64,000 nucleotides of DNA from an uncultured Eubacteriales bacterium (GTDB lineage Bacteria > Bacillota > Clostridia > Oscillospirales > Oscillospiraceae), in contig CATEPI010000006.1 of the NCBI GenBank assembly GCA_949525845.1, positions 33,917-97,916 on the forward strand, in the 5' to 3' direction. Of the stretch, positions 1 through 8,662 are shown in pieces; position 1 is the stretch's first letter, and every line of letters begins with the position of its first letter. A program made the position numbers and the translations under genes. The notes beneath the pieces are model-generated. The model saw only the letters and a program-made list of their open reading frames with translations, was not told the origin of the DNA and searched no databases.

Positions 1-68
1 ATAGAATGGATTGGTATTTCACAGACACACATCCCACATTCCCACAGAGACAGAAGGGGGCTATCCTT

Positions 69-1136
69 ATGCGCAAGCTGGTCATCGAGAGGGCCGCGGT
101 CAAGCACAACCTGTCCATCATCAAAGAGCGGGCCGCAGGGGCGGTCATCTACGGCGTCCTCACTGGCGACGGCGGAGGGGCGGGCATCGTCCCCATGGCC
201 AAGCTCCTCCGGGCGGAGGGCATCGGCCGCTTTGCCGTGTACGAGGTGAAGGAGGCGGAGAAGCTGCGCCAGGCCGGCTTTGAGGACGAAGAGATCCTCA
301 TGCTCCGCTCCACCACCGACCGGGAGGAGCTGGAGCAGCTGGTGGACCTGAACGTGGTGTGCACCATCTCCTCGGTGGACACCGGCCTGGCCCTCAACGC
401 CCTGGCAGAAAACCGGTCCACCGTGGCCTGCGCCCACATCCAGGTGGACACGGGTATGGGCTTTGGCGGCTTTCTGGTCGGCGAGCCGGAGAAGATTCTG
501 CTGGCCTACCGCTCCCTGCCCAACGTGGCCCTGGAGGGCATCTACACCCAGCTCCACGCCATGCGGGTGGGGGACCCGGAGTGCGCCCACCAGCTGGAGC
601 GGTTCCACCAGGTGCTGGACACCATCCACACCGCCGGGTTTGAGACAGGCACCGTCCACGCCGCCGGCTCCTTCGCCCTGCTCCACAACGACAGCGCCCG
701 GCTGGACGGCGTCCGGGCGGGCTCGGCCATCCTGGGCCGGTGCCGCCGCACCCGGGATGACCGGCTGAAGGCGGTGGGCTACGGCGAGGCCCCCCTGTCC
801 GAGGTCCGCTGGCTGCCCAAGGGCCATTCCGTGGGCACCTACCGGCCCATCACCCTGAAACGGCCCACCCGGGTGGCGGTGCTGCCCGTGGGCTATCAGA
901 ACGGTTTTGGCGTGGTCCGGCCCCGGGAGACCGGATTCTGGGCCCTGTGGCAGCAGTGGCGGCGTTCCAGAAAGCGGACGGTCCGCGTCGGCGGCCAGCG
1001 GGTGAAGCTTATCGGCCCCATCGGCGCCACCGAGACCCTGCTCAACGTCACCAACGTAAAGTGTTCCGCCGGCGACCTGGCCGTCTTTGATATCGACCCC
1101 ATCTTTGCCCGGGGCTTCGTCCGGGAGTTCCGGTAA
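69..1136 (+). CDS. Alanine-racemase-fold protein lacking the PLP-binding Lys (probable pseudo-enzyme)
   Basis: Alr motifs are recognisable (VDTGMG, VRAGSAILG, LPVGYQNGF), but AVVKANAYGHG reads GVLTGDGGGAG. Start placed at ATG 69 after GAAGGGGG. Confidence 0.8.
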   Translation: MRKLVIERAAVKHNLSIIKERAAGAVIYGVLTGDGGGAGIVPMAKLLRAEGIGRFAVYEVKEAEKLRQAGFEDEEILMLRSTTDREELEQLVDLNVVCTISSVDTGLALNALAENRSTVACAHIQVDTGMGFGGFLVGEPEKILLAYRSLPNVALEGIYTQLHAMRVGDPECAHQLERFHQVLDTIHTAGFETGTVHAAGSFALLHNDSARLDGVRAGSAILGRCRRTRDDRLKAVGYGEAPLSEVRWLPKGHSVGTYRPITLKRPTRVAVLPVGYQNGFGVVRPRETGFWALWQQWRRSRKRTVRVGGQRVKLIGPIGATETLLNVTNVKCSAGDLAVFDIDPIFARGFVREFR

Positions 1137-1141
1137 AAACA

Positions 1142-1232
1142 CCTCATCCGTCACGACCTGACGGTCGTGCCACCTTCCCCTAAAGGGGAGGGGTGCGCCA
1201 AAAAGCCTTCCCCCGAAGGGGGCGGATGAGGC
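1142..1232. repeat. REP-like two-hairpin palindrome doublet (CCGTCA-tagged)
   Basis: cctcatccgtca-[cacgacc/ggtcgtg]-ccaccttcccctaaagggga, then an inverted partial copy; same architecture as 46454-46612. Confidence 0.75.
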
Positions 1233-1267
1233 CCTTTCTGTTACAAAACATTAAGCGAGGTTTTATC

Positions 1268-2482
1268 ATGCCTGACCTGAAATTCCAGCCGCTGCTCTTC
1301 GGCGGCGATATCAACGTATACAGCGTGGCCCGGGCCTTCCACGAGGCCTACGGGGTGCGTTCCATCGCCTATGGCAAGTACCCATCCTTTCCCTGCCACG
1401 GCAGCGCCATCCTCGACTACCGGGTGTGCCCGGACAACGAGGACGAGGCCGCCTTCCGGCGTAACGTCCAGGCCGCGGCGGAGGAGTTCCCCCACAAGAA
1501 GATCATCCTGCTGGGCTGCGGGGACAGCTATGTCCAGCTGGCCGCCCACTGCAAGGACTCCCTGCCGGAAAATGTGATTGCCCCCTACATCGACGGCGGC
1601 CTGCTGGATACCCTCATCAACAAGGAGAAATTCTACCAGCTGTGCGACCAGCACGGCATCGACCACCCGGCCACCTTCATCTACGACAAATCCATGGGCC
1701 ACGACTTCTCCCTGCCTTGGGGCCCGCCCTACATCGCCAAGCCCGCCGACAGCGTGGCCTACTGGGCCTGCGGCGACCACTCCCTGGCCAAGGTATACAT
1801 CTGCCAGAGCTGGGAGGAGCTGCTGGAGAGCCTGGACCACGTCTACGCCGCCGGCTATCCGGACCACATGGTGCTCCAGGAGTTCATCCCCGGGGACGAC
1901 AGCTATATGCGGGTACTCACCAGCTACTCCGACCGGAACGCCCGGGTGACCACCATGTGCCTGGGCCATGTCCTGCTGGAGGAGCACTCCCCCCACGGCA
2001 TCGGCAACCACGCCGTCATTCTCACCGAGCGGGATGAGGAGCTGGAACAGAAAATCAAGGGGCTTCTGGAGTCCCTCCACTTTGTGGGCTTCTCCAATTT
2101 TGACATCAAATACGACCGCCGGGACGGCAAATACAAGGCCTTCGAGATCAACTGCCGCCAGGGCCGGAGCAACTACTACGTCACCGGCGCGGGGCATAAC
2201 ATCGCCCGGCTGGTGGTGGAGGACCGGGTAGAGGGGAAGGACCTCCCCTTCACCATGACGAAAAACCGCTCCCTGTGGCGGATGGTGCCCAAAAAGGTTG
2301 CGTTTAAATTCACCCCCAGGCAGTATCACGAGGAGATGCGGGCCCTTATCAAGGCGGGGGCGGATTCCCACTCCCTGGTGTATTCCAAAGACGCATCCCT
2401 GCGCCGCCGCCTACGGGTATGCAAAAACCACTTGGGCAACATCAAGCGGTTTGACCGGTACAATAAGGTACCGGAGGAGTAA
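1268..2482 (+). CDS. ATP-grasp carboxylate-amine ligase, D-aspartate ligase (Asl) family
   Basis: GGDINVYSVARAFHE, QEFIPGDD, FSNFDIKYD, FEINCRQGRS motifs; adjacent to an aspartate racemase. Confidence 0.85.
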   Translation: MPDLKFQPLLFGGDINVYSVARAFHEAYGVRSIAYGKYPSFPCHGSAILDYRVCPDNEDEAAFRRNVQAAAEEFPHKKIILLGCGDSYVQLAAHCKDSLPENVIAPYIDGGLLDTLINKEKFYQLCDQHGIDHPATFIYDKSMGHDFSLPWGPPYIAKPADSVAYWACGDHSLAKVYICQSWEELLESLDHVYAAGYPDHMVLQEFIPGDDSYMRVLTSYSDRNARVTTMCLGHVLLEEHSPHGIGNHAVILTERDEELEQKIKGLLESLHFVGFSNFDIKYDRRDGKYKAFEINCRQGRSNYYVTGAGHNIARLVVEDRVEGKDLPFTMTKNRSLWRMVPKKVAFKFTPRQYHEEMRALIKAGADSHSLVYSKDASLRRRLRVCKNHLGNIKRFDRYNKVPEE

Positions 2483-2502
2483 GTCTCTGACCGAACGCAC
2501 AC

Positions 2503-2633
2503 AAAAGCCCCCCTTGCCAAAGGGGGGAGGGCCGCGAAGCGGCGGGGGGATTCCGTCCACCGGCACGGCCCAGTTAAACGGAATCCCCCAGTCATTCGCT
2601 GCGCGAATGCCAGCCCCCTTTTGCAAGGGGGCC
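2503..2633. repeat. REP-like two-hairpin doublet (GGATTCCGT/ACGGAATCC ends)
   Basis: Inverted pair of units; the same two units occur in swapped order at 48613-48760. Confidence 0.8.
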
Positions 2634-2659
2634 ATCCACATCATCCAAAGGAGCATCCT

Positions 2660-3376
2660 ATGCAGTACCGTCTCGGCGTTCTTGGCGGCATGGGCCCCCA
2701 GGCCACCAACACCTTCTACCAATTTGTCATTGACCGCACCGCCGCCCGGTCTGACCAGGAGCACGTCAACGCCCTGATTCTCTCCGATGTGGACATGCCC
2801 GACCGCACCGCCGCCATCCTGGGCAGCGAGGAGGAGCGGGAGGCGGTGTACCGCCGCCTGCTGGCCGACGCCCGGCTGCTGGAAAACGCGGGGTGTACCT
2901 GCATCGCCGTCCCCTGCAACACCTCCCACTTCTTTCTGGACCGGGTGCAGGAGGGGGTCCGCGTTCCCATTCTCCACATGATTCGGGAGACCGCCCGGCT
3001 GCTGGCCGCCCGGGGGCTGCACCGGCCCGGCATCCTGGCCACCGACGGCACCATCCGGACCGGACTCTACCAAAAGGAATTTTCAGCCGCTGGAATACAG
3101 TCCGTTATCCCCACCCCTGAGGCTCAGGGGCTGGTAATGTCCCTTATCTACGACGACGTGAAGGCCGGCCGGGACGGCGACCCACAGAAGTTCGCCGCCA
3201 TCCACGAGGACCTGCTCTCCCAGGGCTGTGACTGCGGCGTGCTGGCCTGTACTGAGCTGTCGGTCTTCGCTGACCGGCACCACCTGCCCCCCTTCTACAC
3301 CGACGCCATGGCCGTCCTGGCCGAGCGGGCGGTGGAGGCCTGCCATAGGCCTCTGCGGCATATTTTTATCAAATAA
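2660..3376 (+). CDS. racD: Aspartate racemase (PLP-independent, two-Cys)
   Basis: GVLGGMGPQAT, PCNTSH and LACTELS motifs; RBS AAGGAG. Confidence 0.9.
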   Translation: MQYRLGVLGGMGPQATNTFYQFVIDRTAARSDQEHVNALILSDVDMPDRTAAILGSEEEREAVYRRLLADARLLENAGCTCIAVPCNTSHFFLDRVQEGVRVPILHMIRETARLLAARGLHRPGILATDGTIRTGLYQKEFSAAGIQSVIPTPEAQGLVMSLIYDDVKAGRDGDPQKFAAIHEDLLSQGCDCGVLACTELSVFADRHHLPPFYTDAMAVLAERAVEACHRPLRHIFIK

Positions 3377-3396
3377 TACTTAGAGGAGTAGCTATT

Positions 3397-4668
3397 ATGG
3401 ATAAAATAAAAGCCGACCCCCTGGCGCTAAACGCCGTCATCTGCGCCGTTTTAAAGGGGCCCAGCACCACCCCTGACGACTTCAAGCGGGCCACCCTGGT
3501 GGACAGCTTCTCTATGATCTACCAGAAATTCCCCGACTGGGCAGAGCCTGTCCCGGGGGACTTCTCCGTGTTAGGTATGCTGGAGAACATGCACACCCTC
3601 CACTTTCCCAACAACCCCGGCCGGGCGCCCATCCAGGTGGACGACTTCTCCTTTCTGGCCCGCTGCAAGCGGCTGAAGCGGCTGGATGTGGCCCGCACCA
3701 ACTTCTCCGACTGCTCCATCCTGCTCCAGCTGCCCTTTATGAGCTACGTCCACCTGCCCCCCAGAGAACAGCTCACCCACCTGGAGGTGCTGGACAAGCT
3801 GCCCTGGCGGCGGAGGGTGGACTTTCTCCCGCCGCCCCCCGCGCCTGTTCTGCCAAAGCCCAAGCCGGAGCCCAGTGAGATGGCCAGGGCCATTGTGGAG
3901 GAGATTAAACGGCGCACTGCTATGGACTGCTATAAGCTGACCATCCGGCCTGACAGCCAACCCGGGCTGTTTGACAGCAAATTTGGCGGCTTCCCCTACT
4001 GGGACCCGACCCTGCCCTACCCGGTGGACAGCGCAGGGGAGAAGCTGGTGCTGCTGGCTCAGATCAATTTTGACCAGTTCCCGGCTGACGACCCTCTGCC
4101 CCAGGGCGGGATGCTCCAGTTTTTCGTGGGGCAGGACGACTGCTTTGGCATGGAATTCAGCGGCGGCCGGGCCGACGGCTACCGGGTGGTGTACCATGAG
4201 AACATCGACCCCTCCATCACCGAGGAACAGCTCAAGCCGCTGGACATCCCTACTCAGGCAGAGACGGAGATCTTCCCCCTGGCAAGGCCCATAGCAGTGA
4301 CTATGGAAAAGAGTACCAGCTATATGGGCCCGGTGGACGGGCGGTTTGACGACCTCTTTTCCCAGGTGTACCAGGCCGTCACCGGGCAGGCCTCGAGAAA
4401 GGGGATACACCACTGGGGTACCCTGGAGCGCAACGACAGAGATTATCTGTGGGACCAGCTCGACACCGACGGCCACCATCTGCTGGGCTACCCCTACTTC
4501 ACCCAGGAGGACCCCCGGGAGGGTCTCTATGAGACCCTGCTCTTTCAGATGGACTCTGACGACGGTATCCTTTGGGGTGACGCCGGGGTGGGAAATTTCT
4601 TCATCGACCTGGAAAAGCTGAAACAGCGGGACTTTTCCGACGTGTTCTACACCTGGGACTGTTGCTGA
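3397..4668 (+). CDS. LRR-like N-terminus fused to a YwqG/DUF1963 domain
   Basis: LKRLDVARTNFSDCSILLQL is LRR-like; a Pro-rich linker follows; then SKFGGFPY, LLAQINF, LGYPYFTQEDPR, LLFQMDSD, WGDAGVGNFFI and YTWDCC, typical of DUF1963. Confidence 0.8.
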   Translation: MDKIKADPLALNAVICAVLKGPSTTPDDFKRATLVDSFSMIYQKFPDWAEPVPGDFSVLGMLENMHTLHFPNNPGRAPIQVDDFSFLARCKRLKRLDVARTNFSDCSILLQLPFMSYVHLPPREQLTHLEVLDKLPWRRRVDFLPPPPAPVLPKPKPEPSEMARAIVEEIKRRTAMDCYKLTIRPDSQPGLFDSKFGGFPYWDPTLPYPVDSAGEKLVLLAQINFDQFPADDPLPQGGMLQFFVGQDDCFGMEFSGGRADGYRVVYHENIDPSITEEQLKPLDIPTQAETEIFPLARPIAVTMEKSTSYMGPVDGRFDDLFSQVYQAVTGQASRKGIHHWGTLERNDRDYLWDQLDTDGHHLLGYPYFTQEDPREGLYETLLFQMDSDDGILWGDAGVGNFFIDLEKLKQRDFSDVFYTWDCC

Positions 4669-4698
4669 TTTCCACACTCATCAAGCGAGGTGTTTAAC

Positions 4699-6648
4699 GT
4701 GAAACACACCCTTAACGACTATATCGCCCTGCTGGAGGAGCGCTCCCTGCTGGCCGCCCCCGTCCCGGCGGATGTAAACCGGTCCGCCCCGGTGGAGCTG
4801 GTGTCCTACGACTCCCGGGAGGTGGTCCCCGGCACGCTGTTTCTCTGCAAGGGGGCCCACTTTAAGGAGGAGTTCCTGCAAATGGCCCGGGACAGGGGAG
4901 CCATCGCCTATGTGAGCGAGCAGCCCTACCCGTCCGTCAACCTGCCCTGTCTCCAGGTAAACGACATGCGCCTGACCATCGCCCCCCTGGCCGACCTGTT
5001 TTTTGACCACCCCTCGGGCAGACTGAAGGTGATCGGCCTGACGGGCACCAAGGGCAAATCCTCCACCGCCTACTACCTGAAGCACATTCTGGATGACTAT
5101 ATGGCCGAGAAAAGGGGGGCTGAAAGCGGCCTTATCTCCTCCATCGACACCTACGACGGGGTGGAGCGGTTCGAGTCCCACATCACCACCCCCGACGCCC
5201 TGGACCTCCAGCGCCATTTTGCCCGCGCGGTGGAGGCCGGGCTGGAGTACCTCACCATGGAGGTGTCCAGCCAGGCGCTGAAATACCACCGCTCCCTGTG
5301 CACCGACTTCGCCGCCGCCGTCTTTCTCAACATTGGCTACGACCACATCTCTCCCATCGAGCACACCGACTTTGAGGACTATTTTTCCGCAAAACTGCGG
5401 ATTTTTGCCCAGGGACAGATTAACTGCGTCAATCTGGACTGCGACCACGCCGACCGTATCCTGTCCGCCGCCCAAGCAGCGGGGGCCCCGGTGTACACCT
5501 TCTCCCAGAAAAATCCGGAGGCCGACGTCTACGCCTCCCAGGTGCGCAAGCGGGGGGAGGACATTCTGTTTCAGGTACGCACCCGGCGGTATGAGCGGGA
5601 GTTCCGGCTCACCATGCCGGGGCTGTTCAACGTGGAAAATGCCCTGGCCGCCATCGCGGTGTGTGAGGGTCTGCAAATTCCCCAGCGGCACATCTACACC
5701 GGCCTGGCCAAGGCCCGGGTGCCGGGACGGATGGAGGTGTTCTCCAACGCGGACAGCACCGTCACCGCCCTGGTGGACTACGCCCACAACCGCATGTCCT
5801 TCGAGACCCTGTTCCGCTCTGTTCAGGCCGAGTACCCCGGGCGGCGGATTGTCACTGTTTTCGGCTGTCCCGGCCTGAAGGCCCTGGACCGCCGCCGGGA
5901 TCTGGGGGAAATTGCGGGAAAATACTCCGACCTGGTGGTCCTCACCGAGGAGGACAGCGGGGAGGAGGACACCCTGTCCATCTGTCAACAGATTGCCGCC
6001 CACGTGGCGGAGCAAGGGGGAGCGTACCGCATTGAGCCCAACCGGGGGGAGGCCATCCGCCAGGCCGTTTTGAGCTGTGACCGGCCCTCCATCCTCCTCA
6101 TCACCGGCAAGGGCCGGGAGACCCGGCAGAAACGGGGCCGGGAGTATGTGGAGGTGCCCACCGATGTGGAGTATGTCCAGACCTTTTTGCGGGAGTACGA
6201 CGGGGCCCGCGCTCCGGACGGCATAGACCGGGTGCGCAGCCTGCTGGAGCTGCTGCCCGCCCTGAAGCGGCACCAGGGGAAAAAGGCGGCAGTATGGAGC
6301 GCCCACCCGGGGAAGGACCTGCTTCAGGACGCCGATGCCCTGCGGACGGTGGGGCTGGATGTGGTTCTGGTCTCACTGGGGGAGGACGCCCCCGGGGACG
6401 CGGACTATCTGGTGTATTTCACCGAACTGGGAGAGGACCGCCGGCTCATGCCGGGCCGGGTGGATTTTAGGCGCGCGGAGGAGCTGCTGGGGACCCTCAG
6501 CGGCGAACCGGCCGCCGCCGTCCGCCGCTGCCTGGACGCCCTCGCCGCCGGAGCGGAGGAGGCCGCCGTGCTGGACAGCACAGCCGAACATGCCCTGTTG
6601 CTGTATATGCTGGACCAGCGGACGCCGGGGATTGTAATTGCCAGATAA
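4699..6648 (+). CDS. murE: MurE-type UDP-MurNAc-tripeptide synthetase with a C-terminal degenerate ArgB-like domain
   Basis: P-loop TGTKGKSST, TTPD, MEVSS, FNVEN, VPGRME, VDYAHN; about 140 extra C-terminal aa resemble an amino-acid-kinase fold. Start placed at GTG 4699 behind GAGGTG. Confidence 0.85.
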   Translation: MKHTLNDYIALLEERSLLAAPVPADVNRSAPVELVSYDSREVVPGTLFLCKGAHFKEEFLQMARDRGAIAYVSEQPYPSVNLPCLQVNDMRLTIAPLADLFFDHPSGRLKVIGLTGTKGKSSTAYYLKHILDDYMAEKRGAESGLISSIDTYDGVERFESHITTPDALDLQRHFARAVEAGLEYLTMEVSSQALKYHRSLCTDFAAAVFLNIGYDHISPIEHTDFEDYFSAKLRIFAQGQINCVNLDCDHADRILSAAQAAGAPVYTFSQKNPEADVYASQVRKRGEDILFQVRTRRYEREFRLTMPGLFNVENALAAIAVCEGLQIPQRHIYTGLAKARVPGRMEVFSNADSTVTALVDYAHNRMSFETLFRSVQAEYPGRRIVTVFGCPGLKALDRRRDLGEIAGKYSDLVVLTEEDSGEEDTLSICQQIAAHVAEQGGAYRIEPNRGEAIRQAVLSCDRPSILLITGKGRETRQKRGREYVEVPTDVEYVQTFLREYDGARAPDGIDRVRSLLELLPALKRHQGKKAAVWSAHPGKDLLQDADALRTVGLDVVLVSLGEDAPGDADYLVYFTELGEDRRLMPGRVDFRRAEELLGTLSGEPAAAVRRCLDALAAGAEEAAVLDSTAEHALLLYMLDQRTPGIVIAR

Positions 6649-6654
6649 TATTAC

Positions 6655-6813
6655 GGGGTACAGGCAGAGCGCCTGTACCCCATGTTTATTTCGAAAAGCT
6701 TCCGAATGTAGGGCAAGGGCTCTGCCCTTGCCTGTCCTTACCCGCCCTGACCTCATTCCGATGCCGTTTTATCCCCTTCCGGGGATAGGCAGGGGTAGAA
6801 CCCCTGCCCTACA
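6655..6813. repeat. GTAG-type REP cluster
   Basis: gtagggcaagggctctgcccttgcc (6708) and inverted aggcaggggtagaacccctgccctac (to 6812), plus the hairpin ggggtacaggc/gcctgtacccc. Confidence 0.8.
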
Positions 6814-6874
6814 TGACGTACCGGCCGGTATTTTTGGAGGCTTTCTCCTTTATGAAAAGGAAATGCCCAGTAAT

Positions 6875-7045
6875 TTATTCAGCCATCCTTTTCTCATACT
6901 TTTTCAGAAGGTCCTCGATTGCTTCATCAATCAAGCGGGATTTTGGAACCCGTGTTTTTCTTGAAAGCTCATTGAAAGGCTCCACTAACTCATTTGCCAG
7001 AGAAGAAATTAACTTTGTTCTGTTTACAAGATTTGTTCCAGCCAT
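6875..7045 (-). CDS. Ribbon-helix-helix protein, 56 aa (not in ORF track)
   Basis: Manual translation MAGTNLVNRTKLISSLANELVEPFNELSRKTRVPKSRLIDEAIEDLLKKYEKRMAE; RBS AAGAGG. Confidence 0.8.
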   Translation of the reverse strand: MAGTNLVNRTKLISSLANELVEPFNELSRKTRVPKSRLIDEAIEDLLKKYEKRMAE

Positions 7046-7132
7046 ATGCTCGCCTCTTATGCACTATATAGTTACTACATGATGCAATTAGGTTACCATT
7101 AAAAATTCTTTTCGTCAATTACTCACCATCTA

Positions 7133-7161
7133 TTGACTTAGTAGTTACTACCTAGTACACT
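7133..7161 (+). promoter_or_regulatory. Sigma70 promoter with a palindromic operator in the spacer
   Basis: TTGACT-17-TACACT; GTAGTTACTAC at 7141-7151; second TAGTTACTAC at 7069-7078. Confidence 0.7.
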
Positions 7162-7178
7162 ATAGGTGGGGTGGTAAT

Positions 7179-7319
7179 ATGAAAAAAGCGGAAAAGAACG
7201 TCACGGTGGGAATGTCCCAGGAGCTCTACAGCGCATTGCAGCGGCTGGCAGAGGAGGACTGCCGGTCCGTCCCCAGCTACATCCGCATGGTCCTGCGGGA
7301 ACACACGAAGAAAAGATGA
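7179..7319 (+). CDS. Arc-like ribbon-helix-helix protein, 46 aa (not in ORF track)
   Basis: MKKAEKNVTVGMSQELYSALQRLAEEDCRSVPSYIRMVLREHTKKR; shares the LAE..RS..SYI..VLREH pattern with 33440-33604. Confidence 0.75.
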   Translation: MKKAEKNVTVGMSQELYSALQRLAEEDCRSVPSYIRMVLREHTKKR

Positions 7320-7340
7320 TTTCCGCCCCGGGTCGGACAT

Positions 7341-7371
7341 AAAAAACCGCCTCTTTTGGAGGCGGTTTCTT
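7341..7371. terminator. Bidirectional intrinsic terminator
   Basis: aaaaaaccgcctc-ttttg-gaggcggtttct between convergent genes. Confidence 0.7.
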
Positions 7372-7757
7372 CATGGAACACCGAGGCATTGCTTCAGTCC
7401 CTCCTGAAGGACCTGCGAGAAGTTGATCCCCGCCTTGACCGCCAGCTCATTGAGATAGTTGGGGATGGTTACATTTTTCCGCACAGCGCGCATATCATTG
7501 GCCCGGCGGTAGGCATCAAAATCCACCAGAGCAAAGACGGCAATTTCCCCCTCCCCGCACTTCGGCAGGGCAGAGGAGGCCGGCGGCAGCTCCTGCCCCA
7601 TATCCTGGAGGGTAATTCCGCACAGGCTGATGGCGTCGGCGGCCATTTCCATCGCGTCGGCCAAATCCTGGCCTTCGGTGTTGATGTTAAAATCCGGGGC
7701 ATATACCAGATAGCCCCCTTCACTGGGCGTCAGTATAATGGGATACGCAGTTTTCAC
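7371..7757 (-). CDS. hicB: HicB antitoxin
   Basis: YLVYAPDFNINTEGQDLADAMEMA N-terminus; RKNVTIPNYLNELA-GINFSQVLQE RHH C-terminus. Confidence 0.9.
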   Translation of the reverse strand: MKTAYPIILTPSEGGYLVYAPDFNINTEGQDLADAMEMAADAISLCGITLQDMGQELPPASSALPKCGEGEIAVFALVDFDAYRRANDMRAVRKNVTIPNYLNELAVKAGINFSQVLQEGLKQCLGVP

Positions 7758-7776
7758 AGCGGGAAGCCTCCTTCCG

Positions 7777-7950
7777 TTATTTCAGACCCCGGCGCCGGAT
7801 AATCGCCTTGGCGGTCTGCTCGTTGATCTCCTTATGACGAGGAATTGCTTCCACCTCTTTGCCGTCTGTCACAATCATGTGGCTGCCGCCCTCCCGAATC
7901 AGCCACCATCCATTCCTGTTGAACAGCTTCAGTAGATCCCTCTGTTTCAT
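7777..7950 (-). CDS. hicA: HicA toxin (mRNA interferase)
   Basis: MKQRDLLKLFNRNGWWLIREGGSHMIV-IPRHKEINEQTAKAII; conserved GSH motif. Confidence 0.9.
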   Translation of the reverse strand: MKQRDLLKLFNRNGWWLIREGGSHMIVTDGKEVEAIPRHKEINEQTAKAIIRRRGLK

Positions 7951-7970
7951 TCTATCCACTCCACACCACA

Positions 7971-7999
7971 ATTATACGCATCCAATGCGCATTTGTCAA
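7971..7999 (-). promoter_or_regulatory. hicAB promoter with an imperfect palindromic operator
   Basis: Minus strand TTGACA-17-TATAAT; TACGCAT-CCA-ATGCGCA overlaps the spacer. Confidence 0.8.
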
Positions 8000-8018
8000 A
8001 TGGGATCTTTACAGTGGT

Positions 8019-8612
8019 TTACCCGTTAAACTTCCCCATCCCCCGGTCGATGCCCTGGTCCAGAATGCACTCGATGGCGTCGGCGGCCCGTTTGACGGCG
8101 GCGTCGATGGCCTTTTTGTCCTCTCCCACGAACTTGCCCAGCACCCAGTCGGCCATATCGTAATCGGGGTGGGGCTTCTCTCCCACCCCCACCCGCAGGC
8201 GGGGGAATTGGTCGGTGCCCAGGTGCTGGATGATGTTTTTCAGCCCGTTGTGCCCCCCGGCGGAGCCCTTCACCCGGATGCGCAGCCGGCCCACCGGCAG
8301 GGCGGTGTCGTCGGACACCACCAGCACCCGGTCGGGGGGAATTTTGTAAAAATCCGCCGCCTGGCGCACTGCCTCCCCGGACAGATTCATATAGGTGATG
8401 GGCTTCATCACCAGCACCTTCTCCCCGGAAATGGTCAGCACATTGGTCAGCGCCTTGAATTTCAGCCGCTGGATGGGCTTTCTCTGGCGCTCGGCCACCT
8501 CGTCGGCCACCATAAAGCCCACATTGTGCCGGGTGTTCTCATACTTGTCCCCGGGATTGCCCAGGCAGACCAGCAGCCAGCTGACACCCCCGCTGTCTTT
8601 TTTGAAAAACAT
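8019..8612 (-). CDS. pth: Peptidyl-tRNA hydrolase
   Basis: LGNPGDKYENTRHNVGF, KPITYMNLSG, GSAGGHNGLK. Confidence 0.95.
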   Translation of the reverse strand: MFFKKDSGGVSWLLVCLGNPGDKYENTRHNVGFMVADEVAERQRKPIQRLKFKALTNVLTISGEKVLVMKPITYMNLSGEAVRQAADFYKIPPDRVLVVSDDTALPVGRLRIRVKGSAGGHNGLKNIIQHLGTDQFPRLRVGVGEKPHPDYDMADWVLGKFVGEDKKAIDAAVKRAADAIECILDQGIDRGMGKFNG

Positions 8613-8662
8613 GGTCGTCACCTCATAAAAATGGGGCGGCTCAGTGGCCGCCCCGGTCAAGC

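Noticed and set aside
4681-6306. Long antisense ORFs (also 1241-2371, 8702-9949, 11323-12783, 19349-20857, 31240-32703, 34587-35978, 37962-39623, 52953-54890)
   Set aside because: Shadow frames opposite well-supported genes, expected in GC-rich coding DNA; no motifs or RBS.
6813-7082. 89-aa plus-strand ORF
   Set aside because: It overlaps the minus-strand RHH gene, which has the RBS and a recognisable fold.
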